From Podarcis gaigeae (taxonomy: Eukaryota): a stretch of 64,000 bases of DNA. The DNA is taken from assembly GCA_964106915.2 (NCBI GenBank), contig OZ066921.1; one strand, 5' to 3'. Under the pieces are notes generated by a model. That model was not told the DNA's origin. It was given only the letters and a program-made list of their open reading frames with translations, and ran no database searches. Position numbers and translations under genes: made by a program. Of this stretch, positions 26,001 through 39,384 are shown in pieces; positions within the stretch are counted from its first letter, which is position 1; each line of letters opens with the position of its first letter.

Positions 26001-29000
26001 GAATAAAGCATGGTCAATTGCCAAGAGGACAAGGGAGGGGAGCCTGAGGCTGAGGAGAGGCAGAAAGAGAAACACATATGCAAACTAATAAATACACAAC
26101 ACTTTGAAAATTGACCTCTCCACAAAATATGGCTCTCTGGGCCAGTCTCTCAAAGCTGAGGTCTTTTTGTGCCTCCCATTAAGATGTGTCTCTTGCCCTT
26201 GGCCATCTGGGCTGGCCTCTGTGAGAGCAGGAACAGAGTGGGGTCAGATGCCAAATTCTGACTAAGGGAAGCTTTAAATGCAAATGGCACCATTTAACTT
26301 TAAAACCAGCAGGATGTCTTTCCAAGGAAGGTGCTTCAGAGGTCTGATGTATGCATTGCTCTTTCCAAGCTTCAGCACCTGGTTATCAAAGGGCAGAGGG
26401 GCAGCTCCAACCAAGTGTCAAGACAAGTGGACCAGCCACAAGTGGCTCCTCTTCCCAAGGGCAGCTGCATCAGCACCCATTTTTTTCCCAGTGGCTCCAT
26501 GGCAAGGCCAGCAAGAGAGCCTGCCAGCAAGAACTGCCCTCAAGGCATGAAAACAGGAATGTTTAACCAAAGGCCACTCTAGACAGGTAGTGTATTGCTT
26601 TGGGTGTATTTTGCAAGACATTCCTGACACAGTAATAGTGTATCAGCAGTGGGTTTATTCTGCTTTATTAGTTGTTCTACAATGCTACTGTGTAATTGCT
26701 GGCTGGAGAAGTTGCACTGCAATAAAACCAGGACAAGTATAAGCCAGAACATTAGTGCTGTATCATTGTGAATCTGCACTAAAAAGTATGTCTGCAGGGG
26801 CCCAAACACTTCAACAGTATAAGAAAAGGAATCCACAGTATGGTCTGAGAGGACCTGAGGTTGCTGCAGCATTCTTGAAGCAAAGCAAATACAAACTAAC
26901 CAATTCCTGGATGGGTGACCATTGGGAGACCCACCTGAGAGAAAGGTAGGTGTATCAGAAGTATTTACAGAATGGCATTACAAGGGGCACTAGGCCTCAG
27001 CATTGGGACACCATACTATTCCCCTCAGGAAGGGGCAACAGGGTGGCAGGAATTTTTGGCAAATCTTAAGAAGCTGCCTTACAGTGAGTTGGACTATTGG
27101 TCTATCTTGCTCAGTATGGTTTACACCAACCTGGTGGGTTGATGGGAGTTGTAGTCCAACACCTGGAGGGCAACAGGTTGGTGGAGGCCTGTCTACACTG
27201 ACTGGCAGAGGCTCTCCAGGGTTTTAAACAAAGTTTCCCATTCCATCCTAGGAATGTCAAGGATTGAACCTTTGACCTTCTGCATGCCAAGCATATGCTC
27301 TACCACTGGGTCATTGCTCTTCCTCAGTTCTCTCACCTGGGATCCAGGTTGATCGGATTGTTGGTGCTGCTGCTGCTTTTGTGATGTGTGACCTTCAGAC
27401 TTGCCCTTTGCCGTCGCCGTGCTTCCCCTATAGCCTCTAGAGATGGCTGAGAGGGGTCCTGTTTTGGACTCTGAACTATGGCTGCCTTCTGAGGTGTGCT
27501 TACCCAAAGCCTCTGTACTGAGCCTGTTATTCAGAGGCAGGGTGAGCTGCCCTTCAGTTCCTTGATGGGAAAGACAGACAGACAGAAATAGTTCCTTGAT
27601 GTTTTACAAGTCAGAGAAGTGAACACTACTTCAGCATCCAAACTTGGCAAGGCATAGTGATGAGATCTCAGTGGGTGAATTGGGAAAGGTTGGCCTCAGC
27701 CAACTATGTCTGCCTGGCTACCCATTGCAGTGTCAGCATAAGCAAGGGGAGGGAGCACTGTGCTCTCTTCCACTAGGCCTCTTTACCCAGAGCCAGGTTT
27801 TGAGGGCCTGTATCTAGTTTTGGGCCAAAAGGTCAGACAGGGCATGTAGTTAGTGCAGCTCACAACAGCCTCCCTGACTGAGCTGCTAGAGGCCCTCTCA
27901 GATGTGGGGTTGCAGAACATTCACACTGAGGTCACTGTTGGGTCAGCTCAGGTCTCCACAGCCTTCATGATAACAATAAGGTTTTCCTAATTTGTCGCTA
28001 GGCAAGACATACCTTCAAGTAGTTTCCCTATGGGAGAGTATTTGCTATTTAATTGTTACATTTCTATCCCATCTTTTCCTCCAAAGAACTCAAGAAGGCA
28101 TACATGGTTCTTCCCCATCTCATTTAATTACCACAACAACCCTGCAAGGTAGGTTAGGCTGAGAGATCATGACTGGTCCAAGGTCATCACTCAGTGAGCT
28201 GAAGCTGAGTGGGGATTTAAGTAGCCGAGTGTGGATTTGATCCCTTGTTTCCCAAATCCTATTCCAATGCTCTAACTATTACCCCACCACTGGATATACC
28301 CTGCTGGAGTGAGAGTCAAGCTGGTCCTGAGAAGAGAGTAAAAGTTCACTGAGGATGGGCTATGGGGAGCACAGGCAAAGGCCAGATGGGTACTTGCCAT
28401 GATGTTGAAGACCCCCCAACCCCCACTTACCCCCCTCTTCATTTTCCCGTTGTGCCAGTTCAATGGCAGCTCGGATGCAGAGTTCACGAGCACGAAGCCC
28501 TGCTGAAGTGTTCCCATCAGAGATGGCTTCCAAGACCACAGAATCAATGGATAAGCAAGCAGCACTGTAGTGTTTGGCAAGGGTGATGGCTGCACTGGAC
28601 TTTCCTAGAGAAATCAGAGACAAAGGTATTGCTAAACACACACACACTTTCACCATCCATCATTTATCGACATCCCTTTATATCTGGGATGGAGGGGCTT
28701 TTTCAGTCTAAGGGCCACATTCTCTTCTGGACAATTTTCTGAGGGCCACATGGCAGTGGGGGGTGGGGCCGGAAGCAAAAGTGGGTGGAACAATGAATGT
28801 GAACAGTAAGCCAGTTTCTACATACTCTCTCACTTACCCCTCTCTTCCGGAGAAGCAATAATTCAAGGACATAGTCCAATAAGACAAAAACATGGGGGGG
28901 GGGAGTAAACCAGAAGGGCCAGCAGTGATGGATGGGTGGGGTCTGGGGAGAGTTCTAACGGGAGTTCTCAACAGACTCTCTAAAACAGGAGCATGGCTGC

Positions 29001-32000
29001 CTTCCCAGGGCAAATCCCCTCTCCCTGGCACCCGCCATTCATCAAGGAAGAACAAGGCAGGTCACTCTGCCTGCTCTGCATTAAGCGCACCTCTAGCTTA
29101 GCCCACGGTTAGCATCAGCCTTGGCAAGAAAATGCCTCGAGTCCTTCAGCTCCCAAAAAAGTTGTTCACGAACTAAAAAATATTCAGAAGAGAGCTGCAA
29201 AAAACTGAGGATGACAGTGAGATCTCAGAGCACATGGTGGTACTCAGATGCAATCTGGGAGTATACAGTCACCACAGATGTAGCCCTGCTGCTCTGAGGT
29301 GGTCTCTGTACCTGTAAGGGGAGCACCATGGATGATGATGGCAATGCCCCTGCGGTTCCTGGCAGCCCGTCCTTCTGGAGATATATCAATGCCAAGGTGA
29401 CGTGCAATGGCTTTTGAGACAGGGTTGTTGTCTAGCTCTCCCACAGCTTCCTTATTCTTGATCACACTTTGCTGACTCCCTCCTGAAAAGGAATCAGGCC
29501 TATAGACAGCTTGCTCAAAGGCCATATCCTTCAAAGGGCTTCAGAAAAGAAAGATGTCAGGTACAAATAGTACATCTTCAGAAATTGCACAGACCCTTTT
29601 ATTTTCAAGGAGGAACAGAGGGTTGGCCAAATGGGAGAAATCCTTAAGCCCAATAAGGAATGCCACTCTCTCATATTTGCTGCTGCAGATGGCAGGGGTG
29701 TCCGTGGCTTTTTTAATCCTTTACTGCAACAGACAGTCTATATCTATACATTTGCTCTGGGGTTAAAAATAAATAAATCTAACTCCAGAACCTGAAATCT
29801 GTTTCAATGAGCTTATTTTGAACGCTTTATACTGATCCTGTCAGACAGGGTAAGAAATTGTTTTTGTTTTAATTTATCACATTATTAATGTACTTGTATC
29901 TCTCTTCTTTCTATTGCTCTCTCTGTCCCTCCAGCCTCAACACCCTTTATGTGACTTCTTACCAATGCTGTCATGTGCATTGATCAAACACTGTGCATTG
30001 GAATTTCACCACAGACCCCTGAACATAACATGCAAAAAAGATCAGCAATATCAGGGGAGACAAGCCAAGAGTGAAGCCTCATTCCTCTGTCAACATAGTG
30101 AGGGCCTCTGCACAAGCAATGGGTGGACAGGGCTTAAGCCTTTGTCCAATGGGAAAAGTCAAGATAATGTATTTCCACTACAACGTCTGCAGCTGCTTCA
30201 TGCTGGAAAACAAAGTTTGCAGGAGATGGCATGCAACACAATTATGGGTCAAAAGGATTTTGTCAAGCCAGGTATTTTTGAGATTTAGAAAACATGCACT
30301 GGTCCACAATTTCAACACATGTGGAACCTAAACTCTCCTGATCTAGATTCAGGTAGGTAGTCGTGTTGGTCTGACACAGTCGAAATATATATATAAAAAA
30401 ATTAAATGTCTAGTAGCACCTTAGAGACCAACTAAGTTTGTTCTTGGTGTAAGCTTATAGATTTTCACCATGAGGTGGCAGCAAAATGTCACTATGTGGA
30501 TGTCTAAATCTTTCCCCATTACATCACATACATTTTCTTTTTTCAGTGGTGATGATGACATGCTCTTTTCACTGTCCCAGCAGACCAGAAGCTCTCACTC
30601 ACCTTGTCCTCTGTCCGTCCCCTCCTCTTCCTCTTCTTCCTCCTGATCAAATTTCGATTCCACCCTGAAAGTTCTGGTATCCTCATTAAGGGAAAGAGAA
30701 GGATGAGCAGAGGCCGCCGTGGATGTTGTTTGCCCAGCACTGGAAGGGAGGAGCTTCATCCCATGATCAGAAATTAAAGCATTTTCTTCTTCTTCTACTA
30801 AAGAGGAAAGGAGGGCAGATGTCACAGTGCATACAAGAGACACCAAGTAATGTACTGGTGGCACTTTCAGAAGTTCCCGACACTCGGTCTTAACCAAAGC
30901 AAACCAGTGAAGGACATGCCATTCTCTATAGTACCAACCTTTGCCAACTTGGCACCTTCCAGATGTTTTTGCCACCAGCACCAATCAGCTCTTGGAAATA
31001 GGCTCAAAAAAACAGAAGACTAGCTTCTAGCCTTCAGATTGTGTTGCCTGGACAAATAACTGCATTTATGTATGGCTCACCTTAACCAATTGTAAAATAA
31101 AATGGGCAGAGGCTGCTTTTGAAAGACACCATGGCTTTGGAATGAAGGGATAATGATTTATACCACCCACCCAGTTCATGCTCTATGTAGTCCATCCTGT
31201 GAAGGTGTGGTGATGTAGGGATTAGCACTGAGGGGTGGTGTTGGTAAAGGGAGAGGGAATTCAGTCACAGCAGCCAAGTCTGGGTGGGGAAGTAAGTCAC
31301 AAGTCCTGTCAATGGGAAGCATCCAGATGTGCCAAGGTGGGAGAAGGGATTCCCCTGGCCTGGCACTTAGACCATACCCTTGGGCTACAAATCTTTAAGA
31401 CACATACCCCACCCCCAATTCAATAATCCTGGGGACTGTAATTTGTAAACTACTATTCCCAGGATTCTTTGGGGAACCCATGTGTTTCAAATGTGCTTTA
31501 AATGAATGGTGTGTATGCAGCCCCAGAATTTTGGGGCTGCAGGGGGAAAGCAGTTGTGAATCAGGTAGGGCCTCCTTTAATACTGGAAAAGGTGTAGTCA
31601 GATGATATGGAAGCAGTGTGTTAGACCTGACATCACTTTGGGTTCCCACTTTAGGCAATGCTCCTGGATAGTTTGAGTAATCCTTGCAGAACTCTTTTAT
31701 CACATTAAATAATGAAAGTTGCAAGCACGTGGTTGTATCCAGCTAATTCCTACTCAGAGTACACATTGGCCAAAAGATTCCTGCATTGCAGGAGGTTACA
31801 CTAGGTGACTCTCATGGTCCCTTCCAACTCTACAATTCTTCACCCACTGAAATTAATGAACCTAAATTAGACATGTCCATTAACCTCAATGAGTCTACCG
31901 TGAGAATGACTAGCAAGGCATTATCCCACCTTTTCATTCCAAGAGTAGATGCAAAATCTAGAAATGAGCACAGCAGGTAGCTGGAATTAGTCAGTCCCCT

Positions 32001-35000
32001 TACACCCTCTCTGATGTCCAAAAATAGCCACCCCATGCAGCTGGACTCTCCAAAAAGCCCAGTCTCCTCAGCTCACCATTTTCCTGATTAACTGTCTCCT
32101 GGTCACCTTGAAACTTCTTCTGCTCCTCATAATATTCCAGGACTTCAAAAGGCAGCTTCTCCCCAGGGATGCGAGGAGGCAACAAAAGCATGTTATGGGT
32201 GTCATAGCCCTTCAACATCCGCAGAATCTAAAACCAAGCAGATATATAAGGATACAAAGAACTGTCTCATGTGGAGTCTGGCCAGTGCTCCATTAAGGCC
32301 AGTATGAATGATCCTGAATTGTTGCAGTGTTCGACTTGTAGAAGTCAGTTTGCCCATAACCTGTTAGACTTGAGCCCACCATCTGTTGTTGACACTGTAC
32401 CACACTGTGGTACAACAGTGTGATTAGCAGAGTATGCACAGCTAGAGTTTGTAGCCTCAGATGGGAGGAAGTGTGCTTGATTCTTACCCGCTCTTCCAAC
32501 AGATACTGCTGGTCAAATTCCAAGGAGTAGAATTCAATGGGGAAGCTGCAAGGGTTCTTCACCACCACTTCAGCCTCATCCCCAATGGCGTAAGGCAAGA
32601 GGGGCCCAAGTTCCAGAATGGAAGGAGTGAACTCTAGACGTGGCTCCAGACCTTGCCCAGAGACATTCAGCTGCAGCTGCTGGGTGCTCTGGGAAATGCT
32701 CAGAATCAGGTAGTGGCGGTAGGATTTCTAAGATCACAAAAGTTGGAGAGATTATTTCACAGAACTGTAGAGATGGAAGGGACACCAAGATTCATCTCGT
32801 CCAGGGGTAGGCAACCTAAGGCCTGTGGGCTGGATGCGGCCCAATCGCCTCCTCAATCCGGCCCACTGATGGTCCGGGAATCAGCGTGTTTTTACATGAG
32901 TAGAATGTGTCCTTTTATTTAAAATGCATCTCTGGGTTATTTGTGGGGCCTACCTGGTGTTTTTACATGAGTAGAATGTGTGCTTTTATTTAAAATGCAT
33001 CTCTGGATTATTTGTGGGGCATAGGAATTCGTTCAGCTTTCCTTCAAAACATAGTCTGGCCCACCACATGGTCTGGGATGGTGGACCAGCCCATGACTGA
33101 AAAAGGTTGCTGACCCCTGCTTGTCCAACTCTCTGTAATGCAGGATTCACAGCTAAATAATCCCTGACAGATGACCATCNNNNNNNNNNNNNNNNNNNNN
33201 NNNNNNNNNNNNNNNNNNNNNNNNNNNNNNNNNNNNNNNNNNNNNNNNNNNNNNNNNNNNNNNNNNNNNNNNNNNNNNNNNNNNNNNNNNNNNNNNNNNN
33301 NNNNNNNGCCTAGCAGTCATAAGAAAACTATGCCCATTGTCTTGCTCTACATTTGTGCTCAGCATAGTAATGTCAACTACCCATCTATTATAATGCTGGG
33401 AGTTCTGGCCTCACTCTGTTATAACATTCTCTTCCACCACCCATGCTGATATAAATACACCTGCCAGCAGAAGGCAGCACTTGATGTTTGATAATGCGGG
33501 CTCTCTCTAGCCCATGAAACCTCCTGCCATGAAATATATATTAGCCTGGAAGGGGCCACAAGATTCTTGGTTGTTTTGCTGGGCCAGACCAAGATTCCTC
33601 TCATCCCTCATGGCCTGTCATCAGCACTTTTCTTTCACCCTCTAAACTGGAAAAGCCCTCTTGGCTATCAAGGCTAAAGCTGTTGATACCTTTTTTATTT
33701 GTTATTTGTCATTTGTAAAATTTCTTACCCATCTTTCACAACAATACAACATGTTGTTATTAAAAAACAGATAAAACCATTCCTATTATAAAAACAAGTT
33801 AAAGCGCTCCAAATGGAACAGAATAGTCACTTTCTCCCCAACTTGTTCTGGACCTAGCCTATTCTCGACAGCTTTTATTAACCTCATGTGCTCTATGTTC
33901 AATAAGGCCAAGCTCCTTCCCATGTTCTGATCCTTAAGGACTCTGGGTGAGCACACCACTGACCTAGCCTTCCATTCCAAAACATCATCGCTTTCAATGT
34001 TATCAATAGCAGGGCTATCAATGCTGTGGTTCAACTCTAAGAGACTCGTTGACCTGTCTGCCAACATTTAAAAAGCTAAAATAATTCACACTAACTGTCA
34101 CCAAATGAATCATTTAAATCATCACTCCCCACCCTCCAAATACTGACTAGAGGACTCTCATGTGCTACCATTGAACCCTCTTTGCAACGAGAGTTGCAAC
34201 TGTTCAATAGCATGAACAGCATCCTGACCCCCTACCTCTTCTCTGGGTGCAAACTTGACTTGCACATTGAGCCTCTCCCCTGGAGCCAGAATCCCATAGG
34301 GAGGGATCATCTCAAAGACATTGGGCTTGTGTTTTAACTCACGGCGCATCTTCCGACGTAAGGCCATTGGCATGTGCTTGTCCACCTAAACATACAACAA
34401 ACAATGACATCACTGAGCAACGGATCTCTGTGCTATTGTAAACAGACCTGTTCCCACCCTAACTGCATCTGAAATTCAGGTGCCTGCTGTCTTGTTACAT
34501 GCAACAACCTACTAGCCAGGTAGATGGACCAATGTTTCTTGGCAATTCAGTGCACCCTGGGTGGTGGTGCCCTCCATCCATAGGCACAAGAATAAAAGGT
34601 TTCCCCAGTTTAGGGTGACGGGGAAGGAAAAAGATGCTTTCCTCATTGCAGCAGCAATGCTCTCTGAGGAGAGTCTTTTACCTCACTGTTTTATTTTCTT
34701 TTGCATTCTTCAGTGGCTCAAGTGAGTCGGAAGCTGAATTGCCAGTTGTGGGCTTAACCAGCTGCAGGGCCTGCCTCTGAGTACTTGCCTTTCTGAACCT
34801 CTGGAGACCTTGCCTCAGTGCTTTATGGATCAAAAGGACTCAGCCTCAAGAGTAGAAAAAGGAGGGCAGATTCTGTCAGCTTTTCAGCTATCATCTGTAG
34901 CTATACCTTTAAGTACACCTTAATCTCAATCCAGTGCAAAGCTTCACTGGTCAGTTTCTGGAGATTGAGCTGCTGTTCAAGGCACAGGAGAGGCCGACTC

Positions 35001-38000
35001 ATTTCTGATGAGGTGGCAACCCTCATGGAAAGAGCAGGGTGGAACCTGATGGTCAGAAAAGGGGAAAGAGAAGCCTGCGGCCAGGTCTACTTTACCTTTT
35101 TTATTTGCTCGCTGCTGGTGGCAAACCACTCACAGGTGACCTGGAGCTGGTTGTGAAGCTGGATTGTCTCGACTTGGCACTGGCCGCACTGAGTGGCAGC
35201 AAACTCCAAATTGTCATTGGACATGCAGAGAGATGGCATAATCACCATGGCACGTAGAGAGATGTTGAATGTGGGTCCGGTCAGGACCTGGAGAAAAACA
35301 ACAAACAGGACCTAAGCACCATGTGCAGGAAATGAGAACCTCTAACACACATACAGTGGTACCTCAGTTTAAGAACAGTCCTGTTTACGAACTATTTGGT
35401 TTATGAACTACGCAAAACCAGAAGTAGTATCCCGATTTGCAAACTTTACCTCGGTCTAAAAACGGAATCCAAACGGTAAGGAGGTGTCATTAGGGAAAGC
35501 ACACCTCAGTTTAAGAACAGTTTCGGTTTAAGAATAGACTTCTGGAATGGATTAAGTTTGTAAACCGAGGTACCACTGTACGCTTAATGGCACTTGGGGC
35601 ACCATGCAGGTATCAAATGGTGGAGAAATCATATATATGTGCTGCAGATCGAGCCTGGAGCTACAGGGTCGGTCTCTCCCACACCACTCACAGGCCAGGT
35701 TTGACAAGTGGGCAGAGCCACAGTGGCAGATATGGGGCTCTCAAATTTCAGCACTGCCCTGTGCAATGCTAGAATTTGGCATGGCCCCACCTCTCACACT
35801 CCATTCTACAGCATTGTTGTGTCCCAAAGGAGTGTTATACTCCAGGCCAGAGCACTTTTAAGGAGCCTGGTCTGACCAAAGAGAGCTGGGCTCAGTTCAG
35901 ACAGAAGGAATTGCTCTAGTTATAAGGGCTCAGTTTGCCTATGGCACTGCTTGGAGCACACTGTCTGCCTTGGAGTCAGATGTGGCCTTCCTAAGCCGTT
36001 CTTAGGAACACAGAAAGCTGCCTTATACTGAGTCAGACTATGAGTCCATATAGGCCAGTACAGTCAACGCTGACAGGAATCGACTCTCCAGGGTTTCAGA
36101 TAGGAAATCTTATCCCATCCCTATGTGGAGATGCTGCTAGAGATTGAGCTTGGGACAGTCTACATGCCAGGCAAGTGCTCTACCACACAGCTATGTCCCT
36201 TCCCCTTTACTATGGCCTATACAGCTGCCCTCCATAAATTCCCATGCAGTTGTCCAGTTGCTGGTCTCCCCTGCCCACCCATGTGGCTCCATAATTCATG
36301 GCAGGCTTTGTCTTAACTCCAAGGACTTCAAAGTGGATCATGGGAGGCCAGCTGTAGCTACAACTGAAGTGGGTGTTCATGGCTCTGCTGATGACTGCAT
36401 TTCTTTCTGAAAGTTACATCCTAGCTGTGACAAAAAAAAATCCTTCCAGTAGCACCTTAAAGACCAACTAAGTTAGTTCTTGGTATGAGCTTTCATGTGC
36501 ATGCACACTTCTTCAGATACCTGAAGAAGTGTGCATGCACACGAAAGCTCATACCAAGAACTAACTTAGTTGGTCTTTAAGGTGCTACTGGAAGGAATTT
36601 TTTTTGTTTTGACTATGGCAGACCAACACGGCTACCTATCTGTAACTGATCCTAGCTGTGATGCATCATAAACTTTGCCTGCCTTGTAGGACATGTCAAT
36701 TCGGAGGGCTGAACCCACTAGTTTCAGTTCCTTGCAGTGTCCCATTTTTCCAATTTCCCAAATTCCTTCCCCATCCCCAGCCTCAGCCAAGGGCCCCAAG
36801 GCAGTGCAGCATGGCGGGCTGCGAAATGAAGGCACCTTGACTGGCAGGATCACTTCCACCTCTCCCAGGGGCTGGTTGGCACTCTGGGGATCAAATCGTA
36901 CTCCAAATGTCTCCGTCTCGCAGTAGGGCAGGTTCTTCACTCTGTCCAGCTCTGTGTCGAAACCTGGCTCAAAAGAGCAACAATGTCATTCCTTGCCAAT
37001 TCAGGTGTGCAGGGAGGAATCAGCCATTGGTTTGTTTGTTTTCAATTACACTGACATGACACCCTTCCACCAAGGAGCTTAGAATGGCTGCACAAGGTTC
37101 TCTCTCCACCCTTTTTATCCCCCATACCCAGGGAGTAGGTTAGGCTGAGGAAGCCCCTGGGGTTGGAAAACTGGAGGCAGCGCAGCCATGTCAGGCTTGC
37201 CTGCTTGGTACAATTTCCTCTGAGAGAAACTGAATGTGGGAAATTAGCAGCCAAACCTAACAAATGCATATTCTTGCTAATTAGCATGAGATGGGGCTAC
37301 GTCCACATAGCTGTACTGCTGATAGGCAAATCTCAGACCATAGAAACACAATTGTATGGAGGGCTCTGTGTAGTGTTATTTCAAGAATTTGGGGCTGAGG
37401 GAACCACTGACCACCTTCACAGCAGTCAGATGAGCAGCCATTCCAACCATAATAATCTTCCCAGCACAGGGCAAACTGAGCAGGATCAGATGTGAATCCT
37501 GACAGGGCCATCAGTCTGCAGATGACACACATCTCCTTCTCTCTTTGGTCTTTGTGCTTACCCATACTCTGCCCATAGTGGGCAACTGGATGCGGAAGAA
37601 AACCTTATTTGGCAAAAAGTGTTCAGTGTCTGAGAGTAAAACAATTGTGGTGGAAGTGGAAGGGCTTGTACTGGTGGCAAATTCATTGGGTTTTTAATAT
37701 ATTTATATATGCTTTTCCCATTCAATTACTGATCAATCAAGTTTTCAGAATAGGCTGAGCTAGAAATGAAAAGGAACCAGATCTCCTTATTACCTGAGTC
37801 CCGCAAGTTCCGCCTATCTGCATAGAAGGACACAGGAAACTGGCCAGTGTTGGTGATTTTGATAATGTGGGTCCGGACGGTGCCCAGGATGATGTAGCCA
37901 AAGTCTAAGATGTACTCAGGGAGTTGTGCTCTGAAAAAGTAGCAATGGCTGGTTGTAAATAGATGTTTGATGCTCAGCTGGATAGCGAGGGCTGCATTTT

Positions 38001-39333
38001 CAACAGGACTTTGAGGATTTAAGCATTTCACTTAAGTGCCAGAGCATACTTATGGCAGAGGGAAGCAGAGCGGAAAGTAACATTGTGCCAATCACAGAAA
38101 TGGCACTGCAGCCCTTTGGGAGGGGATTACTTTTATTATCCAATGAAGTTGAATGTTGGAAGATACAGGAAAGGTAAAAGAAAATGCTTCTTCACGTAGC
38201 ACTATTAAAATATGGAACTTGCTCCCATAGGAGACAGTGATGGACATGAACCTGGATGGTTTTCAAAGTGGACTGGACAACTTCTTGAAGAAGAAAGGTT
38301 ATCAGTTGCTACTAACCATGAAGGCTATGCTCTGCCTCCACAGCTGGAAGCAGAAATACTCCTGAATGCCAGTTACTAGAGACCACAAAAAGGGAGAGTG
38401 ATTTTCTGCTTCAAGGTTTCCCACAGGCATCTGCTGTGAAAATAGAATGATAGACTAGATGGGCTGTTGGCTGATCCAGTAGGCTCCCCTTATATTATTA
38501 TTATTATAGTTCAAATGTAGGTAGATTCAAAACAGCTAAGAAGACCTGGACAAGCCATGGGTTGACTCCCCATGCATCTCTGACAGGATTCTATGCATCA
38601 GAGTCTGGTGGCTTGCTACAGATTGCAGACTGTCCAAATAGAGATTGCCAGCGAAGCCAAGAAACTTCACATGGTGAAAGCTTCCCCACTTCCCAGAGGC
38701 AGAGGAAACTGGGTGGATTGGGAGGACCAGGCAGTTTCTTGAGATTCTCCACTTATTTCCAAGTACTCAGGTGCTGGGAGTCCCCCTCATAACCCTGCAG
38801 TCTGGGGAAATGGCCATAGGGAGGAGATCTGCACCCACTTGACAAATCTGCGGCGAATTCGCTGGCTGATGGCAGGGTCCTCCTTTGGGTCACGGGAAAG
38901 CTGCATCTGCTGCTCCAAGGCATGTTCTCGAACAAGGAGCCTCTCCACCTCCAACTGCACTTGCATGGCAAGCTGTCAAGACCAAGGAGACAGTCAGCCA
39001 ACCTGACCCCAATCCTGCACAGTCCTTCCTGCTTCCCCTACAGTATCAGCACCAGAAAGCTCCCTTTTCTATCAGTTTCTTTTGATCTACTGGCCTCCTA
39101 CACCTCCATGGTTGCCAATGCCCACCTTTGTCCTTCTGAAGAAGCCATCTGCCATTTTGTGCTCCTGCTCAGCCCTTCCTTCTGCATGTCAGACCTGTGT
39201 GGCTTGCATGGCTCTTCCAGTTTTGGGAAGCTTTTAATGTTAATAGACTATTGTATTTTAATATTCGATTGGAAGCTGCCCAGAGTGGCTGGGGAAACCC
39301 AGCCAGATGGGCAGGGTATAAAATAATTAATAA

Positions 39334-39384
<51 letters not shown>

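Noticed and set aside
29483-29540. Upstream acceptor extending exon w21 (KDMAFEQ...)
   Set aside because: The AG at 29539-29540 is out of phase with the phase-1 end of w20; the ttttcag acceptor at 29483-29484 fits.
33786-34067. 93-aa protein-like minus-strand ORF as a possible cassette exon
   Set aside because: Both candidate acceptors give early stops in the required phase 0, and w17-w18 already join cleanly.
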